From an uncultured Actinomycetes bacterium (GTDB lineage Bacteria > Actinomycetota > Thermoleophilia > Gaiellales > Gaiellaceae), in assembly GCA_963716305.1 (NCBI GenBank), contig CAVQTB010000004.1:10919-74918 (forward strand): a DNA stretch of 64,000 bases, read 5' to 3'. The translations under genes were made by a program, and so were the position numbers. Numbering within the stretch: the stretch's first letter is position 1; every line of letters starts with the position of its first letter. Below, piece after piece: positions 29,397 to 39,158 of this stretch. Below the pieces are notes generated by a model. That model searched no databases. It was given only the letters and a program-made list of their open reading frames with translations, and was not told the DNA's origin.

Positions 29397-31094
29397 TCAG
29401 GCTCCGGCGGGTGCCCGAGCGGCGGTTCGCCCGTCGGTGTCCCGGAAAAGCTGGTGCACGAAGGCGATCGCCATGCTTCCGTCGCCGACCGCGGCGGCGA
29501 CGCGCTTCACCGGGCTGAAGCGGACGTCGCCGACCGCGAAGATGCCCGGCACGCTCGTCTCGAGCAGGTAGGGGTCGCGCTCCTCGACCGTCCACCGGCC
29601 GGCGGCGGTGACCTCGATGCCGGTGAGCACGTACCCGCGGCTGTCGAGCGCGATCTCGGCCGGCAGCCAGGCCGTCTCGGCGTCGGCGCCGATGAAGATG
29701 AAGAGCCCGCCCGACTCGAGCCGCGTCGTCTCGGCGGTCGCGGCGTTGCGAACCTCGATCGCCTCGAGCGCGTCGTCGCCGTGGGCGGCCGAGACCTCGG
29801 TTCGCGTCATCACCTCGATGTTCGAGCGCGTCGCGAGATGGTCGATCAGGTACCGCGACATGCTCTTCTCGAGCCCGTCGCCGCGGCAGAGGATCGTCAC
29901 GCTTCGCGCGTGCTCCGCGAAGTTCACGGCTGCCTGCCCCGCCGAGTTCCCCGCACCCACGATGTGGACGTCGAGGCCGTGCGCGTTCCTCGCCTCACTC
30001 CTACCCGCGCCGTACGCGACCCCCTTGCCGGCGAGCCGGTCGAAGCCCTCGATCGCGAGGCGCCGCCACGAGACGCCCGTTGCGAGGATGATCGAGCGCG
30101 CGCGCAGCACGTCGCCGCCGTCGAGCTGCACCTGACAGTTCGCGGGGTCGATCCGCTCGATCGAGCGGGTCACGAGGATTTCGGCGCCGAGCCGACGCGC
30201 CTGCTTCAGCGCCCGCATCGCCAGGTCGTCTCCCGACACGCCCTCGTGGAAGCCGAGGTAGTTCTCGATCCGGATGACGCGCCCGCCTGGCCGCCGGGCG
30301 CCTCGCGCTCGACGACGATCGTGTGCAGGCCTTCCGAGGCGCTGTAGACCGCCGCGGCGAGGCCGGCAGGACCCGCGCCGACGATCACGGCGTCGTAGTT
30401 CGCGTCTCTGGGCTCCGTTCCCAGGTCGACCAGCTCGGCCACGCGGCGAAGTTGCGGCCGGACCACCGTCTTGCCGTCCTCGGCAATCCGGATCACGGGC
30501 CAGTCCTCCTCTCCGGGCAACGGCCCGCCCCACCGCTCCACCGCGTCAGGGGACTCGGGCGTGAGCCACCGGAAGATGATCTGGTTGCGGTCGAGGAAGC
30601 GCTGCAAGAGCGGCACAAGCCGCATCCCGGGGATGCCCGACCACGATCGCCTTGGGCTCCGGCGGCTTCGCCGCCAGGCCAGAGAGACCGGCCGCCCCTT
30701 CGATCCGGTGCTGCGCGAGCCTGCCGACCTCCACGGCGACCTGCGGCGCCGCGGCCGCGAGCGCGTGGTAGTCGGCCGGGTCGATGCGCATGACCCGCGA
30801 CGGCTCGGACGCGCGGAACCCGACTGGGAACACCGTGCCCAGCGTGATCGGCACCTCCCCGAAGAGGTCGCCGGGGTTGCGCACGCCGACGGGCCGCTCG
30901 ACCCCGTCGGTCACCGAGATCGCCTGGATCCGACCCTCGAGCACCGCGAAGAGCGCCCGCTCGCTATGCGGGGGCGCCGCGTACTCGCCCGGCATGAGGC
31001 TGAGGTCGGCAGCGACCTGGGAGAGCTTCTCGAGCTCGGCCGGATCGAGCGCCGCGAAGAGCGGGATCTTCGCGATCTCCTCCGCCGTCACCAT
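29397..31094 (-). pseudogene. Cyclic-nucleotide-binding domain fused to thioredoxin-reductase-like flavoprotein, two frameshifts
   Basis: ORF 30546..31094 holds the cNMP domain (IPLFAALDPAELEKL...GDLFGEVP). ORF 30206..30625 holds [11 protein letters not shown]...[23 protein letters not shown]...APGGQAG. ORF 29397..30533 holds RIENYLGF...HIVGAGNSAGQAA...GIFAVGDVR. Shifts are near 30612-30620 and 30268-30274. Confidence 0.8.
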
Positions 31095-31267
31095 CGCAGC
31101 AACGCTCCCCCGTGCACACGCGGAACGCTAGCCGTCTGACGCGGTGGACGCAGGTTGTCGCTGTCGGGCGCTGCCGCTCGTGTCAGGCTACGGGCCCCGA
31201 CGTGCCGAGAGTGGAGCCGACTCGGCGCGGACGCCCGGGGAGCTCTCCCGAACCGTTTTCGACCCAG

Positions 31268-31284
31268 TTGCGAACAAGTCGCGA
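31268..31284 (+). promoter_or_regulatory. Candidate Fur/Nur-type operator
   Basis: TTGCGA-ACAAG-TCGCGA is a 6-5-6 imperfect palindrome 65 nt upstream of the NiCoT ATG. It resembles the Nur-box layout TTGCAA-N5-TTGCAA as I recall it. Confidence 0.3.
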
Positions 31285-31348
31285 TAACGCCGCAGGTGCC
31301 CACCGAGCTGACCGGGACGGGCACGCCAAGACCAAGGGAGGGACCCCG

Positions 31349-32449
31349 ATGTCGCAGATGCAGGCCGCAGCCCCGACGAGGCACTCCGCACCGCCGACCC
31401 GAGCACGGACGTGGAGACAGGCGCTCACCCGACGCGAGTGGGCGCGGCTCGGAGGGTTCGCCGGCGGCGTGCTCTTCCTGACCGTGCTCGGCTGGGGGCT
31501 CTTCCTCTACTACGTGCGGGACAACCCGGCGCTCGCGGGTCTGGGCACGCTCGCCTACACGTTCGGCCTGCGCCACGCGTTCGACGCCGATCACATCGCG
31601 GCGATCGACAACACCACGCGCAAGCTCCTCCAGGACGGCAAGCGCCCTCTCGGCGTCGGCTTCTTCTTCTCGCTCGGCCACTCGACGATCGTCTTCTCGC
31701 TCGCAGCCGGCCTCGCGATCGCCGCGACGACGGTCAATTCGAGGATCCCCGTCTTCCAGGACTACGGCGGCTACATCGGCGCGTCGGTGTCCGGGACGTT
31801 CCTCGTCCTGATCGGAATCCTGAACCTGGTTGTGCTCCTCGACATCCTCGGGGTCTTCCGGCGCATGAAGCGTGGTCACTACGACGAGCAGAAGCTCGAG
31901 CAGGCGCTCCAGAACCAGGGCCTCATGAGCCGCTTCTTCCTGCGGCGTGTCGGCGACAAGATCGACACGAGCTGGAAGATGTATCCGCTCGGCATCCTCT
32001 TCGGGCTCGGCTTCGACACCGCGACCGAGATCGGCCTCCTGGCGATCGCGGCGGGCGTGGCGACGCACAACGTTCCCTTCCTCGCGATCATCTCGCTGCC
32101 GATCATCTTCGCCGCGGGAATGAGCCTGATGGATACGGCCGACGGCGCGTTCATGAGCCAGGCGTACGGCTGGGCCTTCTCGAACCCGATCCGCAAGGTC
32201 TACTACAACATCACGGTCACGAGCCTGTCGGTGGCCGTCGCGCTCGTCATCGGCACGATCGAGTTGCTCCAGGTGATGGCGGCGAAGCTCTCGCTCGAAG
32301 GCGCGTTCTGGGCGTTCCTCGACGAGCTCGACTTCGGAAGGATCGGCTACGTCGTCGTCGGTCTCTTCGTCGCCACGTGGGCCTTCTCGGTGCTGCTCTG
32401 GAAGGCGAGACGGATCGAGGATCGCTGGGGCCGGATGGTCCGGCCGTGA
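31349..32449 (+). CDS. HoxN/HupN/NixA-family nickel/cobalt permease (NiCoT)
   Basis: In ORF 31112..32449. ATG at 31349 after AAGGGAGGG. Signature LRHAFDADHIAAIDNTTRKL, FFSLGHSTIV, GLGFDTATE. Confidence 0.88.
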   Translation: MSQMQAAAPTRHSAPPTRARTWRQALTRREWARLGGFAGGVLFLTVLGWGLFLYYVRDNPALAGLGTLAYTFGLRHAFDADHIAAIDNTTRKLLQDGKRPLGVGFFFSLGHSTIVFSLAAGLAIAATTVNSRIPVFQDYGGYIGASVSGTFLVLIGILNLVVLLDILGVFRRMKRGHYDEQKLEQALQNQGLMSRFFLRRVGDKIDTSWKMYPLGILFGLGFDTATEIGLLAIAAGVATHNVPFLAIISLPIIFAAGMSLMDTADGAFMSQAYGWAFSNPIRKVYYNITVTSLSVAVALVIGTIELLQVMAAKLSLEGAFWAFLDELDFGRIGYVVVGLFVATWAFSVLLWKARRIEDRWGRMVRP

Positions 32450-32874
32450 CGAGCGCGCTCGGCGAGCCGGCGGCGACCCGCGATCGTGGACGCCGCCGCA
32501 CGCGCCAGCGCCTGCTGATCTGGGACGCGGTGGTCGGGACTCGGGGTGCGCACTTCAGCGCCGCCGACCTCGCCCGGATGGTCTCGAGGTACGACCCGGC
32601 CGTACACCGGGCGACGGTCTACCGGACGCTCGACCTGCTGGTCGACGACGGCCTGCTGCTCCGCACCGACCTCGGTGCCGAGCGCGTCTACTACGAGCTC
32701 GCGACCGACCACCGCCACCACCATGTCGTCTGCACGAGCTGCGGACGGGTCGTCCACGTTCACGACGACGTGATCGCCGCGACGATCGCGGTGATCGAGG
32801 CAGCGACCGGATTCTCGGTCGGCAAGGACGAGCTCACCTTCCCGGGCCGCTGTCACGGGTGCTCCGGTAGCTGA
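32446..32874 (+). CDS. Fur-family metalloregulator (possibly nickel-responsive, Nur-like)
   Basis: GTG at 32446 in a GTGA overlap with the permease stop. Winged-helix ATVYRTLDLL, then HHHVVCTSCGRVVHV...CHGC. Confidence 0.8.
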   Translation: MTSALGEPAATRDRGRRRTRQRLLIWDAVVGTRGAHFSAADLARMVSRYDPAVHRATVYRTLDLLVDDGLLLRTDLGAERVYYELATDHRHHHVVCTSCGRVVHVHDDVIAATIAVIEAATGFSVGKDELTFPGRCHGCSGS

Positions 32875-32933
32875 CCCGCCGGGTGGAGCGACCAGTTGGG
32901 CGGTAGACTCGCGCGCAACGACGGAGCGAGCTG

Positions 32934-33641
32934 ATGGAAGCTGACCGCGCGAGTCAGGTCGAGACGGTTGACCCGGTTGTCGCCGCCCCGGCAGAGGGGG
33001 AGAGCCAGGAGTCGGTCATCGACCTGCTCGAGCAGCTCGGGCGTGACCTGACCGCTCTCGTCTACTGCGAGGCCAGGCTCGCCGCGACCCGGCACGAGCC
33101 GCAGCTCCGGCGGGCAGCGCGCGACGTCGTCGCGGCACTGGCGGCCGCGCTGGCGCTCCTGACCGCGTTCGCCCTCGCCAACGCGGCGGCCGTGCGTGCG
33201 CTGTCGCCCACGCTCTCCGACTGGGCGGCACCGCTCGTGCTCGCCGCCGGGTGGGCCGTCGTGGGCGTGCTGCTGGCGCTCTTCGTACGGGCGCGGACGA
33301 GGCGGCTGAGGGCGCTGGAGCGGAAGGACGCGGCACAGGCAAGCCGGGAAGCCGAGGAGGCCGTGCGGAGGACGCTCGAGCGGCTCTCGCCGGCGATCTC
33401 GAGGGAGATCGCCGCGGCGGCCATGCCGATGGCCGGCGACGTCGCGAGCGGCATGGCGGGCAGCATGGTCGACGCCGGAGAGGACCTGATCGAGGACGTC
33501 GACGAGATCGTCGACAGGTTCACGGACGACATCCCCGGCGGCAGCGTCGTCGATCAGGTGTGGGACGTCGTCCTCATGCCGGGGCGCTTCGGCGTCAAGG
33601 TGGCGACGACGGTCCTCAAGCGCGGCGACTCCGCCAGCTGA
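32934..33641 (+). CDS. Hypothetical membrane protein (actinobacterial holin-X/DUF1469-like)
   Basis: 235 aa. Two central TM helices flanked by charged coiled regions. Family assignment is from memory only. Confidence 0.5.
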   Translation: MEADRASQVETVDPVVAAPAEGESQESVIDLLEQLGRDLTALVYCEARLAATRHEPQLRRAARDVVAALAAALALLTAFALANAAAVRALSPTLSDWAAPLVLAAGWAVVGVLLALFVRARTRRLRALERKDAAQASREAEEAVRRTLERLSPAISREIAAAAMPMAGDVASGMAGSMVDAGEDLIEDVDEIVDRFTDDIPGGSVVDQVWDVVLMPGRFGVKVATTVLKRGDSAS

Positions 33642-33658
33642 CCCACCCTCGAGGAGAT

Positions 33659-34653
33659 CTATCCGCCGGGCGGCGGGAAGCGGACGTGCATGTGGTACTC
33701 GTGGTTCGAGTACGGGATGACGACTCCCGCACGGCCCGTGGAGACCGGTCGAGTAGCCGACGAAGATCATCTGCGCTCCGGCGGCGACGAAGCGGTCGAC
33801 GAGATCCTGCGCCAGCCGGCTGATCGATCTGGTCGGGCGCGACCGGCGCACGCAGTAGCCCGTCGACCCGCGGGAAGTAGACGTCGACGTCGAGCCCGTT
33901 CTGGTGCGAGACGTGCTCGTCGGTCATCGGCCCGCCGCCCTCGCGGCTGATGTCGCCGATGACCACGCGCGGCGCCTCCGGGTTCGCGGCGCGGTACGCG
34001 GCGGTCACCGAGACGATCGCGCGGATCGTGCGCTCGTTGCCGTACAGCCGCTTCGACGCGTTCGGGACGCTGTCGGTGACCGGGTTCCAGGTCACCCAGG
34101 CTGGCCCCTCGACGGGGAGCTGGGTGCCGTCGATCAGGCTGCCTCCGTATGGCAGGCCGACCGAGGTCGCGTGATGCCAGTCGATCGCCGGCGCGTTCGC
34201 GCGTGCGACCTTCCGATGCACCTGCTTCGGCCTGGAAGCAGCGGGCGCGACGTGCCCGAGGCGCACGCTGTCGCGCGCTGCTCCGAGGTCGCGAGGCAGT
34301 TCCGTGCTCGGCGCCGTCGGCGTGTCGATCCTGAACGTCACGCTCGGCGGATCGTCCACGACGACCGTGGTGCGGGGATCGGCGCTGCTCCGAAGGGCGG
34401 CGAACATGAGCACGACGGCGGGCGACAGCGCGACTGCCCTCGCCCTCATCTTCCGCCGGTTCCGACTTTGCTTCCACGCCGCGCGGCGCTCCCGGGAAGC
34501 GATGAGCCCCGGCGGTAGCCCGAAGCTGGGAATCGCAGGCGCGAAGCCGGCGACCGCCGGCGCGGCTGCACCCTCCGGGAACCAGAGCAGGTCCGTCTCG
34601 AGCCACAGCTCCCCGCGTCGCCAGGCCATTGGAGAGAGACTACTTTCGCCCAC
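33659..34653 (-). pseudogene. MepA-like (peptidase M74-type) murein endopeptidase with two frameshifts
   Basis: ORF 33616..34653 carries a signal peptide (likely start at 34449) and EHVSHQNGLDVDVYFPR. It continues as RLAQDLVDRFVAAGAQMIFVGYSTGLHGP in ORF 32853..33851, then GVVIPYSNHEYHMHVRFPPPGG-stop (33659) in the third frame. Shifts are near 33818-33826 and 33735-33745. Confidence 0.7.
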
Positions 34654-34746
34654 GGGTCATCGTGTCCTCCGGCGAATGACGCCGCCGCGTCCGCAACGGC
34701 CCCGCAGTAGTCAGGCCCCGACCGCGGCCAGTTTCACATCAACCCT

Positions 34747-36621
34747 CTAGTCGACCGAGACCGTGAATGACGCCTCGTTGGACTTCGGATCGCCCAACGC
34801 GCGCGCCCAGGCGATCGCCGTCTGGTCGATCGGTTGGGTGATCTCCACGCCGAACCACACGAATGCCGTGTTGCCGCTCTTGGGTCTGAGAGAGACGAGG
34901 TCGCACACGAGCGTGGTCGTGCCCCGGCATCCTGGGCCCAACGTCACCTTCGGTGGACCGACCAGTCGCATTCCAGGCGAGAGCTTGACCGTGAGCAGGA
35001 GGTCGGCCGCACCCATGACTCCCCGGTCGGTAACCGTGACCTCGAAGTTCACCTGGCCGCCGGGAACTGACTCCTGCGGCGATCCGGAAATTGCCGTGTG
35101 AAGCCTGACGAGCTGGAATTTCGGGTCCGCTCCGTAGGGGTAGTCCGTCAGCGCGAGAACGTTCGCTGCGAGGACGAGGTACGCGCAGACCCCGGCGACG
35201 ACGACTGGGCCAAGCGATGATCTCCGCCGCTCGGGCGCCTCTCGGCGTGTCGCGCGGATCTTCGCCCACGGCATTCCGCGAACCGCGATTCCGAACGCGC
35301 CGGCAACACAGGCGACGACGAGCACGGCACCCCAAACCCGGCCCGGGACGAGGCCGATCACGGAGACGACGTTCGGCGCCAGTCTCTCGACGAACCGAGC
35401 AGAGCCGAGGTCGACCGGAACTCGTGCGAGCTCCCCCCACACGCCGTTCCGCGCGGGTCCGCCGGTCGACCAGGCGAGAGTCAACGCCGTCGTCGGGATC
35501 ACCGAGAGGACGGCGAGGACCAGCGTCAGACGCGGGCGCCGGGCATACGCCGGTCCGAGCCCCAGCGCAAGAAACGGCAGCGCCGCGACGAGAAACCGGG
35601 GCCCTGGAGATCCACCCCCGTAGGGATCGAAGTAGCCGAGGTTGATGAACACGAAGATCGCGCTCACCGTCCCGGCGACCACCGCCTCGGCGCGGTGCGT
35701 CCGACCGAGCCAGACGAGGCCGAAGGCCGCCAGCACGAGCACGGGAGAGACGACGAGCAGCCCGCTTCTCCCGGCGAAGACGTGCACGACTCCGAAGCCG
35801 TGCGGCAGCCCGATTCCGAAGAACCCCGTCTTCTGCCAGTCGGCCCAGAAGTTCGCGACGTAGCTGTACGAGAGGTGCCAGGGGGCGCCGAAGGCCGCCC
35901 AGTTGTAGGCGCCGAGAAGCAGTGCACCCGGTGCAAGCCCCGCGAGAAATGCCAGCAGGGGGCGCCAGCCCTTGAGAGCGAGGTACGAGGCGATCACGAC
36001 CAGGGTCAGTCCACTCTGGTACTCGACGAGGAGCGCAACTCCCCCGAGGAGACCGGCGAGACCAGGACGCCGACTCCAGGCCAGCAGGAAGGCTCCGAAT
36101 CCGAGCGCTGCTGCCGGGACGGCCTCGAAGCTCACGCCTGCAAGAGGTGCCACGAGCGTCCCGAGCGCGAAGGTGACGAGCGCGATTCCCCCGAAGCCGG
36201 GCGCAAGCCCTTCGCTCACCCTTCCCACCATGAACGCGCAGACAAGGAACGCAAGCCCGACCGTGAGCACGCGTACACCCCACAGGCGCAGGTCGTCTCG
36301 CGAGTAGCCCTGAGGTGAGCCTGGTCGAAGCACTGCCACCGCAGGCATTGCGAGGACCGACAGCCCAGGGGCCTTGTCCGAGTAGAAGTGTCCCCCGTAG
36401 CTCGCCCGGTCCAAGGTCTGCAAAAAACAGGCGTCATTCGAGAGGCGGCCGGCGAAGAGAGCCTTGCTCAGACAGATGCGCGACCCATCCTGGTCCGACA
36501 CACCGGCCATGGGTGACAAGACTGCAACGGCGACCAGCGCGAGCAGGAGCAGCTCATAGCGGGGCCGCGACCAAGGGAACCTGTTGTAGCCGCGCACAGG
36601 CCACCACTGCCTCCCGATCAC
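34747..36621 (-). CDS. Polytopic GT-C-like glycosyltransferase with C-terminal DUF11-like beta-sandwich
   Basis: 624 aa. About 12 TM segments, a HFYSDKAPGLS loop motif reminiscent of ArnT/PMT-type enzymes, and an extracytoplasmic tail GGQVNFEVTVTDRG...LLLTVKLSPGMRLVG. Confidence 0.5.
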   Translation of the reverse strand: MIGRQWWPVRGYNRFPWSRPRYELLLLALVAVAVLSPMAGVSDQDGSRICLSKALFAGRLSNDACFLQTLDRASYGGHFYSDKAPGLSVLAMPAVAVLRPGSPQGYSRDDLRLWGVRVLTVGLAFLVCAFMVGRVSEGLAPGFGGIALVTFALGTLVAPLAGVSFEAVPAAALGFGAFLLAWSRRPGLAGLLGGVALLVEYQSGLTLVVIASYLALKGWRPLLAFLAGLAPGALLLGAYNWAAFGAPWHLSYSYVANFWADWQKTGFFGIGLPHGFGVVHVFAGRSGLLVVSPVLVLAAFGLVWLGRTHRAEAVVAGTVSAIFVFINLGYFDPYGGGSPGPRFLVAALPFLALGLGPAYARRPRLTLVLAVLSVIPTTALTLAWSTGGPARNGVWGELARVPVDLGSARFVERLAPNVVSVIGLVPGRVWGAVLVVACVAGAFGIAVRGMPWAKIRATRREAPERRRSSLGPVVVAGVCAYLVLAANVLALTDYPYGADPKFQLVRLHTAISGSPQESVPGGQVNFEVTVTDRGVMGAADLLLTVKLSPGMRLVGPPKVTLGPGCRGTTTLVCDLVSLRPKSGNTAFVWFGVEITQPIDQTAIAWARALGDPKSNEASFTVSVD

Positions 36622-36763
36622 ACGACCAGTAGATCACGTCGTCCCGACAGGCTCCAGGCAGTCGCGAGAGCCTCGCTCGGCGCTCGCCTGCGGTCACCCC
36701 ATCTTGGGGGGCGTCGCCCAAGCACCATCGCGGGCGCCTGAGTGCGGGGTTAGTCTCGCGTCG

Positions 36764-37927
36764 ATGAACGTCGACGAGGTCGCGACCGAAGCGGTTGCCT
36801 GGCGGCGACACTTGCACGCTCACCCCGAGCTCTCTTTCCAGGAGCACGAGACCGCGCGCTTCGTTCGCGAGACGCTCGCGTCGCTCGGCGGCCTCGAGAT
36901 CGATTGCCCCACGCCTACGAGCGTTGTCGCACGGCTGCGCAGCGGACGACCGGGGCGCACGCTGGCGCTGCGAGCCGACATCGACGCGCTTCCGATCCAG
37001 GAGGAGAGCGGTGTCGACTTCGCCTCGCAAACCGAGGGCGTGATGCATGCCTGCGGGCACGACGGACATACGGCGATGCTGCTCGCCGTCGCCCGCCTGC
37101 TCGTCGCGCGGCGCGCCGAGTTGACAGGCGAGATTCGGTTTCTCTTCCAGCACGCCGAGGAGGTGCCGCCCGGGGGCGCAAGCGAGCTTGTCAGCGCCGG
37201 CGCGCTCGACGGCGTCGATGCCGTGCTCGGCGGCCACCTGATCTCGACGTTCGAGGTCGGCAAGGTCGCAGTCCTGGACGGCGCCTGCACAGCCTCGGCG
37301 GACACGTTCTCGGCAAGGATCCATGGACGAGGGGGCCATGCGGGTTTTCCTCACACGACCGTCGATCCGATCGCCGTCTCCGCGCAGGCGATCTCCAACT
37401 TGCAGCACGTCGTGTCTCGCAATACCTCGCCGCTGGACAGAATCGTCGTCTCGGTGACACGCATCGCGGGAGGCACCGCGGACAACGTCATCCCGGAGAC
37501 GACGGAGTTCGGCGGCACGGTGCGCACCTACCGGCACGACGTGCGCGAGCACACGCGCGAGCTGATCGAACGGGTTCTGGGTGGCGTGACGGCGGCCCAT
37601 GGAGCGACCTACGAGCTCGACTACGTCGAGGGGTATGCCGCCGTCGTGAACGACCCCGGCCTCGCCGCGATCGTTCGCGACGCCGCCGGAGCCGATCGAG
37701 CAGCGGAATTGGAACCGCTGATGGCCGGCGAGGACTTCTCCGCGTACCTGCGGGTCGCCCCCGGCTGCTTCTTCTTCATCGGCGCCGGCAATGACCACGC
37801 GTTCCCGCACCATCACCCCCGTTTCACGATCGACGAGCGCGCCCTGCCCGTGGGAATCGAGACGTTCACCCGGGCGGCCCTACGCCTCCTGGGCACGGAC
37901 GTGGATCCTTGGCCGGCGATCGACTGA
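36764..37927 (+). CDS. M20D-family amidohydrolase (N-acyl-amino-acid/hippurate hydrolase type)
   Basis: WRRHLHAHPELSFQEHETARFV...MHACGHDGHTAMLL... Confidence 0.88.
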   Translation: MNVDEVATEAVAWRRHLHAHPELSFQEHETARFVRETLASLGGLEIDCPTPTSVVARLRSGRPGRTLALRADIDALPIQEESGVDFASQTEGVMHACGHDGHTAMLLAVARLLVARRAELTGEIRFLFQHAEEVPPGGASELVSAGALDGVDAVLGGHLISTFEVGKVAVLDGACTASADTFSARIHGRGGHAGFPHTTVDPIAVSAQAISNLQHVVSRNTSPLDRIVVSVTRIAGGTADNVIPETTEFGGTVRTYRHDVREHTRELIERVLGGVTAAHGATYELDYVEGYAAVVNDPGLAAIVRDAAGADRAAELEPLMAGEDFSAYLRVAPGCFFFIGAGNDHAFPHHHPRFTIDERALPVGIETFTRAALRLLGTDVDPWPAID

Positions 37928-38002
37928 GCAAGTGGAGGCGGCGGGAAAACGCTGGACGAGCTCTTCCAGGGACGAGAACACCGAAACGGTCATACTCGCC
38001 GC

Positions 38003-39001
38003 GTGGACGCGCCGCCGCTGATCCTGGTCACCGGCGCGACCGGCAAGGTCGGCCAGACGTTCATCCGGAGGGTGCTCTCCTCGCGCGACGAGCGGCTGGC
38101 CGGGATCAGGGTCCGAGCGCTGTGCCACAACCGGCCCCTGCAACCAGCGGCGCGGCTCGAGGTCGTCGCCGGCTCGATCGACCGCCGCGAGGTCGTCGAC
38201 GCCGCTACCGAGGGCGTCACCCATGTGGTTCACCTGGCGACGAGCAAGGAGACGCCCGAGACGATCTTCGATGTCGCGATCAAAGGGCTGTTCTGGCTGC
38301 TCGAAGCCTGCCGCCTCAGTCCCACCTTCCGGCGGCTCGTCCTCGTCGGCGGAGACGCCGCGGTCGGGCACTTCGTCTACGCGCATCCGGTCCCCGTAAC
38401 CGAGACGCAGCCCCACACGGCCTACGCCGGCTGCTACGCGCTCTCGAAGGTGCTCGAGGAAGTGATGCTCGAGCAGTACGGCGTGCAGTACGACCTCGAC
38501 TTCTGCTGCCTGCGGGCGCCGTGGATCATGGAGAAGGACGACTTCCGGTACCAGCTCTCATTCGGGGAGGACGTGTTCGGCGGGCCACGCTGGCGCGACC
38601 TTGTCGGCGCCGAGCAGGCGGACGCGTACGTCGAGCGAGAAGCGGTGCCGGTGATGCTCGACGAGGACGGGCGGCCGGTGAAGCGAAACTTCGTTCACGT
38701 CGAGGATCTCGTGGACGCGATACTCGCCGCCCTGGACCACCCGGCGGCACGGCGTCAGACGTTCAACATCTGCATGGACGAGCCGGTCGACTACGGCGAG
38801 CTCGGCGCCTACCTGGCCGAGTCACGCGGGTTGCCGACGGTCGAGATCCGCACGCCCTACCACTCGACCTGGCTCGACAACGCGAAGGCGAGATTCCTGC
38901 TCGGCTGGCGCCCACGCTACGACCTCGAGCGGCTGGTGGACGAAGCATGGAGCTACGAGCGCGGTCCCGACGAGCCGCGTGTCGTCTGGTATCCGGGATA
39001 A
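38003..39001 (+). CDS. NAD-dependent epimerase/dehydratase (extended SDR)
   Basis: 332 aa; LVTGATGKVGQ Rossmann motif and YALSK catalytic motif. Confidence 0.85.
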   Translation: MDAPPLILVTGATGKVGQTFIRRVLSSRDERLAGIRVRALCHNRPLQPAARLEVVAGSIDRREVVDAATEGVTHVVHLATSKETPETIFDVAIKGLFWLLEACRLSPTFRRLVLVGGDAAVGHFVYAHPVPVTETQPHTAYAGCYALSKVLEEVMLEQYGVQYDLDFCCLRAPWIMEKDDFRYQLSFGEDVFGGPRWRDLVGAEQADAYVEREAVPVMLDEDGRPVKRNFVHVEDLVDAILAALDHPAARRQTFNICMDEPVDYGELGAYLAESRGLPTVEIRTPYHSTWLDNAKARFLLGWRPRYDLERLVDEAWSYERGPDEPRVVWYPG

Positions 39002-39052
39002 GCACGCGGAAGGTCACCCGGACGGAGCCGACGCGGCCTGCAATCCCTGCAG

Positions 39053-39075
39053 TGGAGGGGGCGGGATCGCACCCG
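39053..39075 (-). repeat. Degenerate copy of the ssrA 3' end (T-arm plus acceptor strand)
   Basis: tggagggggcgggatcgcacccg versus ssrA 59595-59618 tggaggcggcgggaatcgaacccg: two substitutions and one deletion, same orientation as ssrA. Confidence 0.7.
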
Positions 39076-39158
39076 TGCAAGATTTCAATCGCCGCCGTCG
39101 GCGCGCCGTGAACGTACGCACGACCGCCTAGCTCGGTCCGCGTGCAAGCGGGGGCTGG

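Noticed and set aside
31095-31348. The 250-nt leader upstream of the NiCoT permease, considered as a cobalamin or NiCo riboswitch.
   Set aside because: I could not find a B12-box-like core or the czcD-motif four-way junction features by eye. Only a short hairpin (gtgccc...gggcac) and the palindromic operator candidate are present.
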